Positions 43,505 to 54,669 are shown, counted from the stretch's first letter. The stretch: 64,000 bases of DNA from Clostridium sp. (GCF_034179595.1 NZ_JAXFPT010000048.1:27-64026), one strand, 5' to 3'. Program-made: numbers and translations. The notes: generated from the letters alone by a model not told the origin.

Positions 43505-44425
43505 TTATTTCTTAGTTATAGTCTTTCCGTTACTTTGTAAAACTATGTTACCATTTTTATCAGTTCTATAAACTTTAATATTATATTTTTGAAGCTTCTG
43601 TATAGTCTCTTTATGAGGATGTCCGTATGTATTATTAACACCACAAGATACTATTGCAATTGACGGATCAACAGCTTTTAAGAATTTTTCACTTGTTGAA
43701 GTTGATGAGCCATGGTGTCCAAGCTTTAATACATCAGCTTTTAAATTATAATTCTTTTCTAAAACATAGTTTTCTTCAACTGTTTCAGCATCACCTGTGA
43801 ATAGGAAAGAAGTATTTCCATATACAAGTTTCATAATAGGTGAGTAGTTATTTAAGTTAGTTTTTTTGCCATATCCATCAGCCTTTGGTGAGAAAACTAA
43901 AACCTTAGTATTTTTTCCAAGGTCAATAGTGCTAGTCCCTTCTTTAATAACATTTATTTTTAAGTTCTTCTTTTTAAGGGCTTTAATCATATTTTCAAAA
44001 GTTCTTGTAGTAGTTTCTACTTTAGGAGCATAGAATTTTCCTATTTCGTACTTATTTATAATAGTAGCCATGTTACCTATATGATCTTCATGTGGATGGC
44101 TTGCTATTACATAGTCTAACTTTTTGATTTTTAATTTATCTAAATATGAAATTATATCTTTTTCATTACTCCTTGGACCAGCATCAATTAACATATTTTT
44201 ACCGTTTACTTGTATTAATTCAGCATCACCTTGTCCAACATTTATATAATGAACAAGCATTCCAGAGTTAGATGAACTAGGTTTTTTAGTATTACTGATA
44301 TTGTTTGTGGTGTTATTTTTATTAATATTATTTGTGACATTATTTGAAATATCACTACAACTCATTAAAAAAGTTGATGAAAGCAATATTAGTATACAGA
44401 TTAAAGATTTTAAATATTTTTTCAC
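43505..44425 (-). CDS. ComEC/Rec2-like metallo-beta-lactamase fold lipoprotein
   Basis: Lipobox-like LMSC; VGQGDA, SHPHEDHIG, FTGDAE and GHHGS motifs. Confidence 0.9.
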   Translation of the reverse strand: MKKYLKSLICILILLSSTFLMSCSDISNNVTNNINKNNTTNNISNTKKPSSSNSGMLVHYINVGQGDAELIQVNGKNMLIDAGPRSNEKDIISYLDKLKIKKLDYVIASHPHEDHIGNMATIINKYEIGKFYAPKVETTTRTFENMIKALKKKNLKINVIKEGTSTIDLGKNTKVLVFSPKADGYGKKTNLNNYSPIMKLVYGNTSFLFTGDAETVEENYVLEKNYNLKADVLKLGHHGSSTSTSEKFLKAVDPSIAIVSCGVNNTYGHPHKETIQKLQKYNIKVYRTDKNGNIVLQSNGKTITKK

Positions 44426-44532
44426 AAGAAATCCTCCTTACATAATATATACTGTATTAGTTTATCATCATATTGTATAATAATAAAGAAAAGTTTTTAC
44501 ATACTAATGATTAATGTTAAGAGGTGAAAAAA

Positions 44533-45246
44533 ATGCAAGTATTTAAAATGATAGTATATTTGATATACATGTTTTATACAGTTTTCAAAGAGATTAAATT
44601 TAAGTTTATATATAAGATTAAGGGAGAAAAACAAGCTATAAAGTACGGTCAAGATGCATTTAGTAAATGGAGCGATTTTACTATAAAAATTATAGGTATG
44701 GATGTAGAGGTCAAGGGACGTGAAAATATACCAAATGAAGCTTGCGCTTTTATAGGAAATCATATGAGTATATTAGATATACCAGTGTTAAGACAAGCAT
44801 CAGGAAGAGAAGTTGGATTTGTATCAAAGAAAGAAATATTAAAGATTCCAATGTTAAGATTTTGGATTAAGCATTTAAATTGTGTAGCATTAGATAGAGA
44901 AAGTCCAAGAGAAGCTATAAGGGTTATAAATGAAGGTGCTAATTATTTGAAAAATGGATATGATATGGCTATTTTCCCAGAAGGAACAAGATCAAAAGAT
45001 GGAAAGGTGCATGACTTTAAAAAGGGAAGTATGAAGCTTGCAGTTAAAGCAAAGGCACCTATAGTTCCAGTATCTATAAACGGTACTTCAAGATGCTTTG
45101 AAGATAATAAAAAATTTACTAAAGGAAAAGTTACTATAGTTTTTGGAAAACCTATATATACTAAAGACTTATCTAAGGAAGAAGAGAAAGAATTAACAAA
45201 AAGAGTTCATGATGAAGTTTTAAAAAATATGATTTGGGTAAAATAA
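44533..45246 (+). CDS. plsC: 1-acyl-sn-glycerol-3-phosphate acyltransferase
   Basis: NHMSILD (HX4D) and IFPEGTRS motifs. Confidence 0.9.
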   Translation: MQVFKMIVYLIYMFYTVFKEIKFKFIYKIKGEKQAIKYGQDAFSKWSDFTIKIIGMDVEVKGRENIPNEACAFIGNHMSILDIPVLRQASGREVGFVSKKEILKIPMLRFWIKHLNCVALDRESPREAIRVINEGANYLKNGYDMAIFPEGTRSKDGKVHDFKKGSMKLAVKAKAPIVPVSINGTSRCFEDNKKFTKGKVTIVFGKPIYTKDLSKEEEKELTKRVHDEVLKNMIWVK

Positions 45247-45551
45247 ATATATGTTTTTAAAAAAGGGGGATTTTTATCTCTCTTTATTTTTATATTAATA
45301 TATCTATAAAAAGTTATAATCACTTGTATATAATTTTAAACATAACATGTGAATATAGATATTTTGGAATTCTTTATTTAAAAATATAGTTTTTTTAGTT
45401 TTAAGTTTCATTAAAATTTAAAAATGTTATTTCAAAATGAGGAAAAAATGTTCTTAAAATTTCAAAAAATATGATATAATGGGCATATGGTAGTAATAGT
45501 ATTATAAAAATGCAATTTTGAGAATTAAAAAATTCGTATGGAGGTTATAAT

Positions 45552-47303
45552 ATGAAAAAAGAATTTTCGATAAGTAATGATAAAGTAATAATTAATTTTA
45601 CAGCTAAGTATTGCACAAATTTTGAATCTTTATTAGAAAGTGAAGCCTTTAGAAGAGTTTTAGGATCATTTATAAAAACAATAAAAAATAAAAATTCAGT
45701 AAGTTTTAGACACTTAGAAAGTTCATTAAAAACTAATAAAACAAAAGAATTAAGAAATGAACTGTTAAGAATATTTAAGTTTTTAACAGTTATGAATGTA
45801 GAAGAAATAGTGGAATTTAACGAAGATTATAAAGAATTATTAGAAAATAAAGAAGGATTTATAAGATTAGTTGAAGAATTATACTTATTCTGGAGAAGAC
45901 TTGAAAGATATACTTTAATTCATGGAGGAAAAGTTGATAGTGGATTAGCACAAGTAAGTTTTACAGAAGCAAATGATGGCTTATCAAAACTTATTTTAAG
46001 ACTTTATAGAAAAATTGAAAAAAACATATTAGGAGTAGAGCCAAATGTATTTAGGCAGATACCAGCAGGTGGAAATTCATGTATTATGATAGATAAATTA
46101 TTATGGCCAATACCAGATGGCTATGAAGTATTAGAAGATATACCGTTTATAAATAATATTCTATTAGAGACACCTTTTATAACATATCCAAAGAGAAGTA
46201 CAAGAACAGGAATGTTTACTGAAATAAAGGAAAATCCATTAGAATATTTAAACATGAATAAAGAACATTGGTTTTGTTATCCTGCAAAGGTTGGAGAACT
46301 TTTAGCATATATTTATTTCCATAGAGATTTTATGGAACATGGAATAACTTTATGTAATCTTTTTGAAATGGCAAGAAAAGAAGAGTGTAGAGGTAGAAAG
46401 CCAGATATGATATATATATTTGGAGCAGAAGATGAAGATAGTGACGAAAAATTAAAAACTGTTTTCTATGATGATAAGAAAAATAATATAATGGTTGGAT
46501 ATGTAAATCATTCAGAGGAGATAGATTATTTTGGTTATATGAAGAAAATGACATTAACGCTTCATAATTTAATTATGATAAAAAGAGGAAACCTTCCAAT
46601 ACATGGAGCTATGGTAAATATAGTATTAAAAAACGGTAAAACTGCTAATGTGGCTATAATGGGAGATAGTGGAGCAGGAAAATCAGAAAGTTTAGAGGCG
46701 TTTAGAGCATTGAGTGAAGATTATATTTCAGATATGACTATAATATTTGATGATATGGGAACATTTAAATTAAAGGATAAGTCTATATATGGATATGGAA
46801 CAGAAATAGGAGCATTTGTAAGACTAGATGATTTAGATCAAGGATATGCATTTAAAGAAATGGATAGAAGTATATTTATGAATCCAGATAAAACTAATGC
46901 AAGACTTGTTATGCCAGTTGCTCCTTACAATGCAATTATAAAAGGATATAAAGTAGATTTATTCTATTATGCTAATAATTATGAGGAAGTTAGAACTGGT
47001 GAAAAGTCTATAAGTTATTTTGATAATGCTGAAGATGCAATTAAGGTATTTAGAGCTGGAGCTAGAATGGCAAAAGGGACTACATCAGAAACAGGTTTAG
47101 TAGAATCATACTTTGCTAATCCTTTTGGACCAGCACAAAAACAAGAGGAAACTGATGAATTATTAAATAAGTATTTTAATAGTATGTTTAAAGGAAATAC
47201 AAAGGTTGGACAATTAAAGACATGTCTTGGAATAAAGGGACAAGAAAAGAAAGGTCCAAGAGAGGCTGCTTTAGAATTATTTGAAGAAATAAAAAAGTTA
47301 TAA
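45552..47303 (+). CDS. Phosphoenolpyruvate carboxykinase-like P-loop protein
   Basis: YFGYMKK, PIHG, GDSGAGKSE, IFDD and ANPFG motifs. Confidence 0.7.
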   Translation: MKKEFSISNDKVIINFTAKYCTNFESLLESEAFRRVLGSFIKTIKNKNSVSFRHLESSLKTNKTKELRNELLRIFKFLTVMNVEEIVEFNEDYKELLENKEGFIRLVEELYLFWRRLERYTLIHGGKVDSGLAQVSFTEANDGLSKLILRLYRKIEKNILGVEPNVFRQIPAGGNSCIMIDKLLWPIPDGYEVLEDIPFINNILLETPFITYPKRSTRTGMFTEIKENPLEYLNMNKEHWFCYPAKVGELLAYIYFHRDFMEHGITLCNLFEMARKEECRGRKPDMIYIFGAEDEDSDEKLKTVFYDDKKNNIMVGYVNHSEEIDYFGYMKKMTLTLHNLIMIKRGNLPIHGAMVNIVLKNGKTANVAIMGDSGAGKSESLEAFRALSEDYISDMTIIFDDMGTFKLKDKSIYGYGTEIGAFVRLDDLDQGYAFKEMDRSIFMNPDKTNARLVMPVAPYNAIIKGYKVDLFYYANNYEEVRTGEKSISYFDNAEDAIKVFRAGARMAKGTTSETGLVESYFANPFGPAQKQEETDELLNKYFNSMFKGNTKVGQLKTCLGIKGQEKKGPREAALELFEEIKKL

Positions 47304-47340
47304 AAAAATAAAGGTTGGGTTTAAATCTCAACCTTTATTT

Positions 47341-47895
47341 TTATAATTTTTCTGATATATCAGTAGATGTATTATCATTTTTAAATATCAATTTTGTTAA
47401 TGTAAATATACTATCTGCAGTAAAATATAAAAGGATTAATATTGTAAGAAGCATACAAGTATGCAATGGAATTAAATTTACTAAATAAAGTATAACAGGA
47501 TTAATAACTTTAAATCCAAGTATAGTTCCAAGTCCCCAAGCTAGTGAAAAAGGAAGGCATATTCTTCCGTTTAAGTTTAGAGGATCATCTGTATAATCCC
47601 ACCATTTTGAATCAAATAATTTTTCTAAAATATAACTTGTTATGTATTCGATAAAAGAAATTAAAGTAGTAGAAATAATAAATAATGTAATCAAATTAAC
47701 TTGAATTATGTCTGAAAAATATTGGAGTAAAAATATTATTAATAAAGCACATGCTCCGTATATAGGACAAAAAGGTCCATTAAGAAATCCTCTATTAATA
47801 AATTTTTTTTGAGCCCAATATTGGTATACAACTTCTGTACACCATCCGAGAAAAGAGTAGATAGTAAAAATTAAGAAAATGTTATTGATATTCAT
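47341..47895 (-). CDS. Putative ABC permease, CmpB/TMEM229-like
   Basis: YSFLGW, NRGFLNGPFCPIYG and WWDY..NLNGRICL motifs; ATG at 47895 follows GGAGG. Confidence 0.8.
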   Translation of the reverse strand: MNINNIFLIFTIYSFLGWCTEVVYQYWAQKKFINRGFLNGPFCPIYGACALLIIFLLQYFSDIIQVNLITLFIISTTLISFIEYITSYILEKLFDSKWWDYTDDPLNLNGRICLPFSLAWGLGTILGFKVINPVILYLVNLIPLHTCMLLTILILLYFTADSIFTLTKLIFKNDNTSTDISEKL

Positions 47896-47961
47896 ATATC
47901 CCTCCAATTATTTTAAAAATTAAATATGGAAGGAATATTCCTTCCATATTTAATTTGATAA

Positions 47962-48165
47962 TTAATCATTTATATATCTACTTTTAGCAAAGAATGAAAT
48001 TGCATAAAGTCCTGCTATACCTACAAGTCCATAAACTATTCTACTTAAAGCAGACATGTCACCAAAAAGTGTTGCAACTAAATCAAATTGGAAAAATCCT
48101 ATTAGTCCCCAATTTATAGCACCGATTATTACTAATAATAGTGCTAAAGCATCTAAAAATTTCAT
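47962..48165 (-). CDS. DUF378 family small membrane protein
   Basis: IIGAINWGLIG..FDLV and RIVYGLVGIAG motifs. Confidence 0.85.
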   Translation of the reverse strand: MKFLDALALLLVIIGAINWGLIGFFQFDLVATLFGDMSALSRIVYGLVGIAGLYAISFFAKSRYIND

Positions 48166-48235
48166 AAAAAACACTTCCTTAAAATATTTTTTCAAAGATA
48201 GTATTAGCGATTTAAGGAAGTATTATTCATAAATT

Positions 48236-48703
48236 CTATAAAGTGATATTTCTATCTATTGGTTGAGATAAAGATATAAATGTATCTGTTCTTTGGATTC
48301 CTGAAATAGTATTTATTTTATTCATTAATATTTCTTGTAAGTCAGCAATATTTTTACAAATTACTTTTGCAAAAACTGAGTAATCTCCAGTAGTTAAGTG
48401 TAACTCAACAACTTCTGAAATCTTTTGCATTTCTTCAATTACACTATCAAATGATGAAGTTTTGTCAACATATACCCCAACGAAACAACAAACATCATAT
48501 CCAAGTTTTGGAAGATTAAGAATAATCCTTGTCCCTTTTATTATTCCCATGTCCTCCATCTTTTTCATTCTTACATGAATAGTACCACCACTTACATGAC
48601 AAATTCTAGCTATTTCTAAATATGGTGTTCTACAGTCTTTTATTAATAAATCTAATATTTGAAGATCTAAATCGTCTAATTGTAAATGTGTATTTATAGC
48701 CAT
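48236..48703 (-). CDS. Lrp/AsnC family transcriptional regulator
   Basis: LDDLDLQIL, HTH GTIHVRMKKM, TTGDYS and RTDTFISL motifs. Confidence 0.92.
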   Translation of the reverse strand: MAINTHLQLDDLDLQILDLLIKDCRTPYLEIARICHVSGGTIHVRMKKMEDMGIIKGTRIILNLPKLGYDVCCFVGVYVDKTSSFDSVIEEMQKISEVVELHLTTGDYSVFAKVICKNIADLQEILMNKINTISGIQRTDTFISLSQPIDRNITL

Positions 48704-48977
48704 TAAATCACCTCATTGGAATTAATAAATTACAAATTTATTATTATTTTTATAAATCAAGATATATTTTATCAAATAATCAGTATTTCATAAAGATATA
48801 AATAGATAATGTTTAAAAATTTTAATGAATTTTATTATTTTAGTAAAATACATTAAAAAGTTAATGGTTTTGAAATAAAATTTAAGAAAAATTAAATATT
48901 TAATTATTTTACTTGAAAAGATTAGTAATTTAAATTAATATAAAATGTATAAGACTAATTAGGAGGACAAGTAGGCA

Positions 48978-49301
48978 ATGGGGATATTGATGTCAATTTT
49001 ATATTTTGTAGTAATGTTAGCTATTGTATTTGGTCTTTATGTACTTGGTAAGGAATATGTATTCAATAAGGTACGTATAAATAAATACATACCACTTGCA
49101 GTAGCAATTGTATTACTTATAGTACAAATGTTTGGAGTAATTAAAATTAGTTGGATTGGAATAATATTAACTCCAATTATAGTTGTATCTTTTTTATGGT
49201 TCCTAGACATTCACCAAACAGGTGGTGCTAGAAAATCAGAAAAGAAAATTGTTATAAAATCAAAAGCAAAGCCAAATAGAGCGAAACATTTAAATAAATA
49301 G
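48978..49301 (+). CDS. Hypothetical membrane protein
   Basis: GGAGG RBS; three hydrophobic segments; basic tail KAKPNRAK. Confidence 0.7.
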   Translation: MGILMSILYFVVMLAIVFGLYVLGKEYVFNKVRINKYIPLAVAIVLLIVQMFGVIKISWIGIILTPIIVVSFLWFLDIHQTGGARKSEKKIVIKSKAKPNRAKHLNK

Positions 49302-49337
49302 TATAAGAAAAATCCAAAGTTTAAAACTTTGGATTTT

Positions 49338-50348
49338 TTAATCAATGAATATAGGAGAGCTTATAGCAATCCTTCCATTTTCTTGATAAATCTTTACTAC
49401 AAACCAAGTCTGATTTTCTTGAAGTTTGTGAGAATATAAATATTTTATTTTATTTAACTTTAAATTCGAAATCGAATGAATTATTTGTCCTTCGTTAGTT
49501 ATTATGTCTATTTTTTCTATAAAGTAGTACTTATCTTCTACAAAAACAGAGAAATTAATATTATCATAGTTTGAAGAAATAATACCACCCATTAATATAT
49601 CATTAGCAAAAAAATAGAAGGTTAAGCTTCTGCTTTCTGAAGAAAATGTATTACGTTTTCTAAAACATTCAATTAAGGCACCTTTACTTAGTTTAGGTAA
49701 TATAGCACCTGTTACATTATTATTATTTCCAAAGTCTAGATTATTAGTATTTAAACTATTTACAGCACCAAGTTTCCATCCTAAATCTAAAAGTTTAAAG
49801 TAATATTTTTCGCGTCTATTATAATGGACACCAAAAGTACCATTGCATACTTCTATAGAAGTTATTATATTATTTAATATTTTACTATATGGTAAATCTA
49901 ATATACTTTTGATGGGATGTTTTATTATTATAAATGCATCAGGATTCTTAATCATCCAAACTATCAATAAATTAATATCATTAATATCTCCAATGAAAAA
50001 ATTATTTGGATTTATTACATTTATATCTCCATAAGGAATGATTTTTGCTTCAAAGCCTTGAAATACGATGAAATTTTCTTTTTTCTTTTGAAATCTTTTT
50101 AATAAATTACAAGAATAGTTCCATCTTGTTATGGTATTTCCATTATAATAAATAGGTTTAGGTAGAAAACTATTTTTATCTGTAATCATTAAAAAATCAA
50201 AATGATTTTTATATACATAATTTAATGTATCATTAAGGGATGAAGAACCTAAAGAATAAGACGTATAACAATTTGGTATACCATAATACACATTTATATC
50301 TTTTAAATTAAAAACATTTATTGTATCATATTTATTATGTTTACCCAT
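49338..50348 (-). CDS. PHP-fold (CehA/McbA-like) protein with degenerate metal ligands
   Basis: YYGIPNCYTSYS, DFLMITDK, GFE, KHP, IEVCNG, LDLGWKLG and AISSPIF motifs. Confidence 0.65.
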   Translation of the reverse strand: MGKHNKYDTINVFNLKDINVYYGIPNCYTSYSLGSSSLNDTLNYVYKNHFDFLMITDKNSFLPKPIYYNGNTITRWNYSCNLLKRFQKKKENFIVFQGFEAKIIPYGDINVINPNNFFIGDINDINLLIVWMIKNPDAFIIIKHPIKSILDLPYSKILNNIITSIEVCNGTFGVHYNRREKYYFKLLDLGWKLGAVNSLNTNNLDFGNNNNVTGAILPKLSKGALIECFRKRNTFSSESRSLTFYFFANDILMGGIISSNYDNINFSVFVEDKYYFIEKIDIITNEGQIIHSISNLKLNKIKYLYSHKLQENQTWFVVKIYQENGRIAISSPIFID

Positions 50349-50464
50349 ATATATTATCCTTAAAATTGCTTATAATTATATATAGTTATAGGATATATAA
50401 ATTAATGACAACAATTTATTTAAATGATAAAATAGTGTTAGAATGGTAAATGGAGATGAGAAAC

Positions 50465-50971
50465 ATGATTAAAAGTTATAGAGGGAAAAAACCAGTGGTC
50501 GATAATGATGCATATATATCTGAAAGTGCAGATATAATAGGTGATGTTACAATAGAAAAGGATTGTAATATTTGGTTTGGTGCTAGATTAAGAGCAGATA
50601 TGCAAAGAATATATGTAGGAAAAGGTACTAACATTCAGGAAAATTCAGTTGTACATACAGATACTGATTTTGAAACAATAATTGGAGAAAATGTTATAGT
50701 AGGTCATGGTGCTATAATTCATGGATGTACTATTTCAGATAATGTTTTAATCGGTATGGGATCAATAATATTAAATGGGGCAAAAATAGGTAAAAATTCA
50801 ATAGTTGGAGCTGGAGCTTTAGTTACTCAAAATAAAGAATTTGAAGATGGAGTTTTAATATTTGGAAATCCAGCAAAGGCTGTTAGAAAACTTACAGAAA
50901 AAGAAATAGATAGCATAAGAGAATCAGCAAAGCATTATATAGAGCTTAGTAAGGAGTATGCTAAATTTTAG
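50465..50971 (+). CDS. Gamma carbonic anhydrase family (hexapeptide repeat) protein
   Basis: IIGDV, LRAD, NIQE..VVH and VGHGAIIHGC motifs. Confidence 0.92.
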   Translation: MIKSYRGKKPVVDNDAYISESADIIGDVTIEKDCNIWFGARLRADMQRIYVGKGTNIQENSVVHTDTDFETIIGENVIVGHGAIIHGCTISDNVLIGMGSIILNGAKIGKNSIVGAGALVTQNKEFEDGVLIFGNPAKAVRKLTEKEIDSIRESAKHYIELSKEYAKF

Positions 50972-50979
50972 GAGGAAAA

Positions 50980-51810
50980 ATGATAAAAATAGGTGAATAC
51001 AACAAGCTAGAAGTTATTAAAGAAAGAGACTTTGGATTTTTCTTAGCAGATAAGAGAAAAAATGAAATATTATTACCAAAGTCTTTATTAAACGGAAATG
51101 AAATTGAAGTTGGTGATGAAGTAAATGTATTTGCATATATGGATTCACAAGGAAGACCGGTTGCAACTATGAAAAAGCCATTAATTGAAGTTGGAAAAGT
51201 TGCATATTTAGAAGTTGTTCAACAAAATGATTTTGGTGTATTTTGTGATATGGGACTTGAAAGAGATTTATTTGTTCCATTAAAAGAACAAAGATTTAAG
51301 CTTTTAGTAGGTAAAAAGTATTTATTTTATGCTTATCTAGATAAAACTGGTAGACTTGCTGCTACTACAGATGTTGATGATTATTTAGATCAAGGTGAAG
51401 GATATAAAGTTGATGATATTGTTGAAGTTATTTCATACGGAAAAGGTACATCAACAACAATTAAGGTTGCAATAGATGGAAAATATAGAGGTATAATACT
51501 TGGAAATGAACATATAGAAACTATATATCCTGGTGATAAATTTAAAGCTAGAGTTAAAAGAATATATGAAGATGGAACAGTTGGTCTTAGTACAAGAAAA
51601 AAGAGATTAGATGCTAGAGAAGAGATAAAAGAAGCAATTCTTAAATATTTAAAAGAAAATGGCGGAATGATGGCATATAATGATAAGTCAAATCCTGAAG
51701 AAATCAAAGAAGTTTTTGGAACAAGCAAAAATTACTTTAAGATGGCATTAGGTGGCCTAATGAAGGAAGGCTTAATAGAACAAAATGAAGAAGGTACTAA
51801 GCTAAAATAA
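50980..51810 (+). CDS. cvfB: CvfB family S1 RNA-binding protein
   Basis: IGEYNKL and DMGLERDLFVP motifs; C-terminal winged helix SKNYFKMALGGL. Confidence 0.85.
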   Translation: MIKIGEYNKLEVIKERDFGFFLADKRKNEILLPKSLLNGNEIEVGDEVNVFAYMDSQGRPVATMKKPLIEVGKVAYLEVVQQNDFGVFCDMGLERDLFVPLKEQRFKLLVGKKYLFYAYLDKTGRLAATTDVDDYLDQGEGYKVDDIVEVISYGKGTSTTIKVAIDGKYRGIILGNEHIETIYPGDKFKARVKRIYEDGTVGLSTRKKRLDAREEIKEAILKYLKENGGMMAYNDKSNPEEIKEVFGTSKNYFKMALGGLMKEGLIEQNEEGTKLK

Positions 51811-51859
51811 GTATAAAATAAAAATAACCTATATCAAAAGCTTGATATAGGTTATTTTT

Positions 51860-54484
51860 TTATTTTCTAAACATATTTAAGATTAATTTACTGATTTCAT
51901 TAATTACAAGTGGAACTAATGAAATTAAAAATATAAATTCAAAATCGCCAATTGATAAAGGATAAGTTTTAAATACTGATGATAAAAAAGGAACAAATAC
52001 TATTAATAATTGTAGTGCTATTCCTACGATAAGTGAAATGACTAAAGCTTTATTTCTAAATATATCTGATCTAAATATAGATTTCTTATTATTTCTAAGT
52101 GAAAATGATAAAAATAATTGTGAAATACTAAGAACTATAAATGCCATAGTTTGAGCATGAGTAATAGAATCAGAATAAAGGTTAAGTCCAGTTTTAAAAG
52201 CTACTAACGTTGAGATTCCAACAGTTAATCCATTTAAAATTAAAGTAAATATCGTATCTTTTGTAAATAAACTTTCTTTTGAACTTCTTGGAGCTTCGTC
52301 CATAACAGCTTTATCTCCAGGGTCTACTCCTAAAGCAAGAGCTGGAAAACTATCAGTTATAAGATTTACCCATAAAATATGAATAGGTTGAAGTGGGGCA
52401 GCCCAATTTAAAATAATAGCTACAAATAGTGATATTATTTCACCAAAGTTACCTGAAAGTAAAAATGTTATGGATTTTTTTATGTTTGAATATATATTTC
52501 TACCTTCTTCAACTGCACCAACAATAGTTGTGAAATTATCATCTGTAAGAATCATATCAGCAGCACCTTTTGCAACATCAGTACCTGTTATACCCATAGC
52601 AACTCCAATATCAGCACTTTTAAGAGATGGGGCATCATTTACACCATCACCTGTCATAGAAACTATATTATCATGTAATTTAAATGCTTTAACTATTTTT
52701 ACTTTATGTTCTGGAGATACACGAGCAAAAATTCTATATTTATTTATATTTTTATTTAGTTCTTCATCTGATAATTTATCTAATTCACTGCCTTCTATAC
52801 ATTGACTGAAATCATTACAAATTCCAAGCTCGCTACCAATAGCATATGCAGTATTTTTGTGGTCTCCAGTTATCATTATTGTTTTTATTCCAGCTTTATC
52901 ACAAAGTTCTATAGAACCTTTAACTTCTTCTCTAGGAGGATCAATCATTCCCATTAATCCGATAAATATTAGATCTTTTTCAATATCAGATAGTGGCGTG
53001 CTTTTAGATTCTAAGTCTTTATATGCACCACCTAAAACTCTTAATGCTTCATTTGACATTTCATTTGATTTAGCTAAAAGTTCTTCTTTTATAGAATCAG
53101 TTAAATCCTTAATTTCACCATTTATAAGGATTTTATTACATACTTTAAATAAAGAATCAATAGCACCTTTAGTATGAACTCTATAATGATCATCATATTT
53201 ATTTACTGTACTCATTAATTTTCTATCTGAATCAAAAGGTATTTCATCAATTCTAGCATATTTATTATTTAATTCAGTTTTATAATAATTAAACCTAATT
53301 CCAACATCTAAAAGAGCTATTTCAGTTGGATCACCAGTATTTCCTTTTTCTGATAAAGTAGCATCATTACAAAGTATCATTGTTTCAAGTAATAATTTGG
53401 AATTTTCACTAAGCTCACTTATATCATTTACAGATGAGATGGAATTATTATCATAGATTTTTCTAACAGTCATCTTATTTAATGTTAAAGTACCAGTTTT
53501 ATCTGAACATATAACATTTACAGATCCTAAGGTTTCAACAGCAGGTAGTTTCTTAACTATAGCATTTTGTTTTATCATTCTTTGTACACCAAGTGCAAGA
53601 ACTATAGCAACTATAGCAGGAAGCCCTTCAGGAATTGCAGCAACTGCTAAACTAATTGCAGTAAGAGCCATTTCAAAAGTATCTCTTCCTTGTAATAATC
53701 CAATAACAAAGATAAGAACGCATATGATTATTGATGCTATTCCTAATATTTTACCAAGAGAAGAAAGCTTTTTTTGAAGTGGAGTTAAATCAGCTTCTTC
53801 ATTTTCAATCATCTTGGCTATTTTACCTATTTCAGTATCCATAGCTGTTGCAACACAAACACCCATTCCACGTCCATAAGTTGCTAGAGTAGACATGTAT
53901 GCCATATTTTCTCTATCACCAACTGGAACATCATTAGAATCAAATACTTTATCAGCATTTTTATCGCTAGGTAATGATTCACCAGTAAATGCAGATTCTT
54001 CGATTTTTAAATTAGCAGTTTGAATTAAACGTAAGTCGCAAGGAATATATCTTCCAGCATCTATAACTACAATATCACCTAATACAACTTCTTCTGATGG
54101 AATTTCAATTATTTCTCCATTTCTTTTTACTAATGCTTTAGGGGTAGATAGTTCTTTTAAAGCAGAAAGAGCCTTTTCAGCTCTAGATTCTTGAGCTACA
54201 CCAATAATTGCATTTATTAAAATAACTATAATTATTACAATAGCATCACTATATTCTTCCATTATTGCAGATATAATTGCAGCAACAATTAATATGTAAA
54301 TCATTGCATCATTTATTTGTGCAAAGAAAATATTAAGAAGAGTTTTAGGTTTTTTAGATGATAGTTTATTTGGTCCATTTTTTTCTAGTCTTATTTTAGC
54401 CTCTTCATTTGATAGACCATTATTTTTATCTGTAGAAAGTTCTTTTAAAACATCATCTATAGATTTATCGTACATAATTTTCAC
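51860..54484 (-). CDS. Calcium-translocating P-type ATPase (P2A)
   Basis: TGES, PEGL, DKTGT, MITGD, TGDGVNDAP and LWVNLITD motifs. Confidence 0.95.
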   Translation of the reverse strand: MKIMYDKSIDDVLKELSTDKNNGLSNEEAKIRLEKNGPNKLSSKKPKTLLNIFFAQINDAMIYILIVAAIISAIMEEYSDAIVIIIVILINAIIGVAQESRAEKALSALKELSTPKALVKRNGEIIEIPSEEVVLGDIVVIDAGRYIPCDLRLIQTANLKIEESAFTGESLPSDKNADKVFDSNDVPVGDRENMAYMSTLATYGRGMGVCVATAMDTEIGKIAKMIENEEADLTPLQKKLSSLGKILGIASIIICVLIFVIGLLQGRDTFEMALTAISLAVAAIPEGLPAIVAIVLALGVQRMIKQNAIVKKLPAVETLGSVNVICSDKTGTLTLNKMTVRKIYDNNSISSVNDISELSENSKLLLETMILCNDATLSEKGNTGDPTEIALLDVGIRFNYYKTELNNKYARIDEIPFDSDRKLMSTVNKYDDHYRVHTKGAIDSLFKVCNKILINGEIKDLTDSIKEELLAKSNEMSNEALRVLGGAYKDLESKSTPLSDIEKDLIFIGLMGMIDPPREEVKGSIELCDKAGIKTIMITGDHKNTAYAIGSELGICNDFSQCIEGSELDKLSDEELNKNINKYRIFARVSPEHKVKIVKAFKLHDNIVSMTGDGVNDAPSLKSADIGVAMGITGTDVAKGAADMILTDDNFTTIVGAVEEGRNIYSNIKKSITFLLSGNFGEIISLFVAIILNWAAPLQPIHILWVNLITDSFPALALGVDPGDKAVMDEAPRSSKESLFTKDTIFTLILNGLTVGISTLVAFKTGLNLYSDSITHAQTMAFIVLSISQLFLSFSLRNNKKSIFRSDIFRNKALVISLIVGIALQLLIVFVPFLSSVFKTYPLSIGDFEFIFLISLVPLVINEISKLILNMFRK

Positions 54485-54669
54485 CTCTTTACAAAATATG
54501 ATTTAATAAAAAACATTTACTAAATATAGGGTAATCATATTTATAAAAATAAATACATGGTAAATTTATAGAGATAAATTTGTATTTTAAAAGAAATTAA
54601 TATACAATGAAGAATATTAAATTATATTTAACTAAATTTAATAAAATTATTAATTACTGAGGAGGAAAT

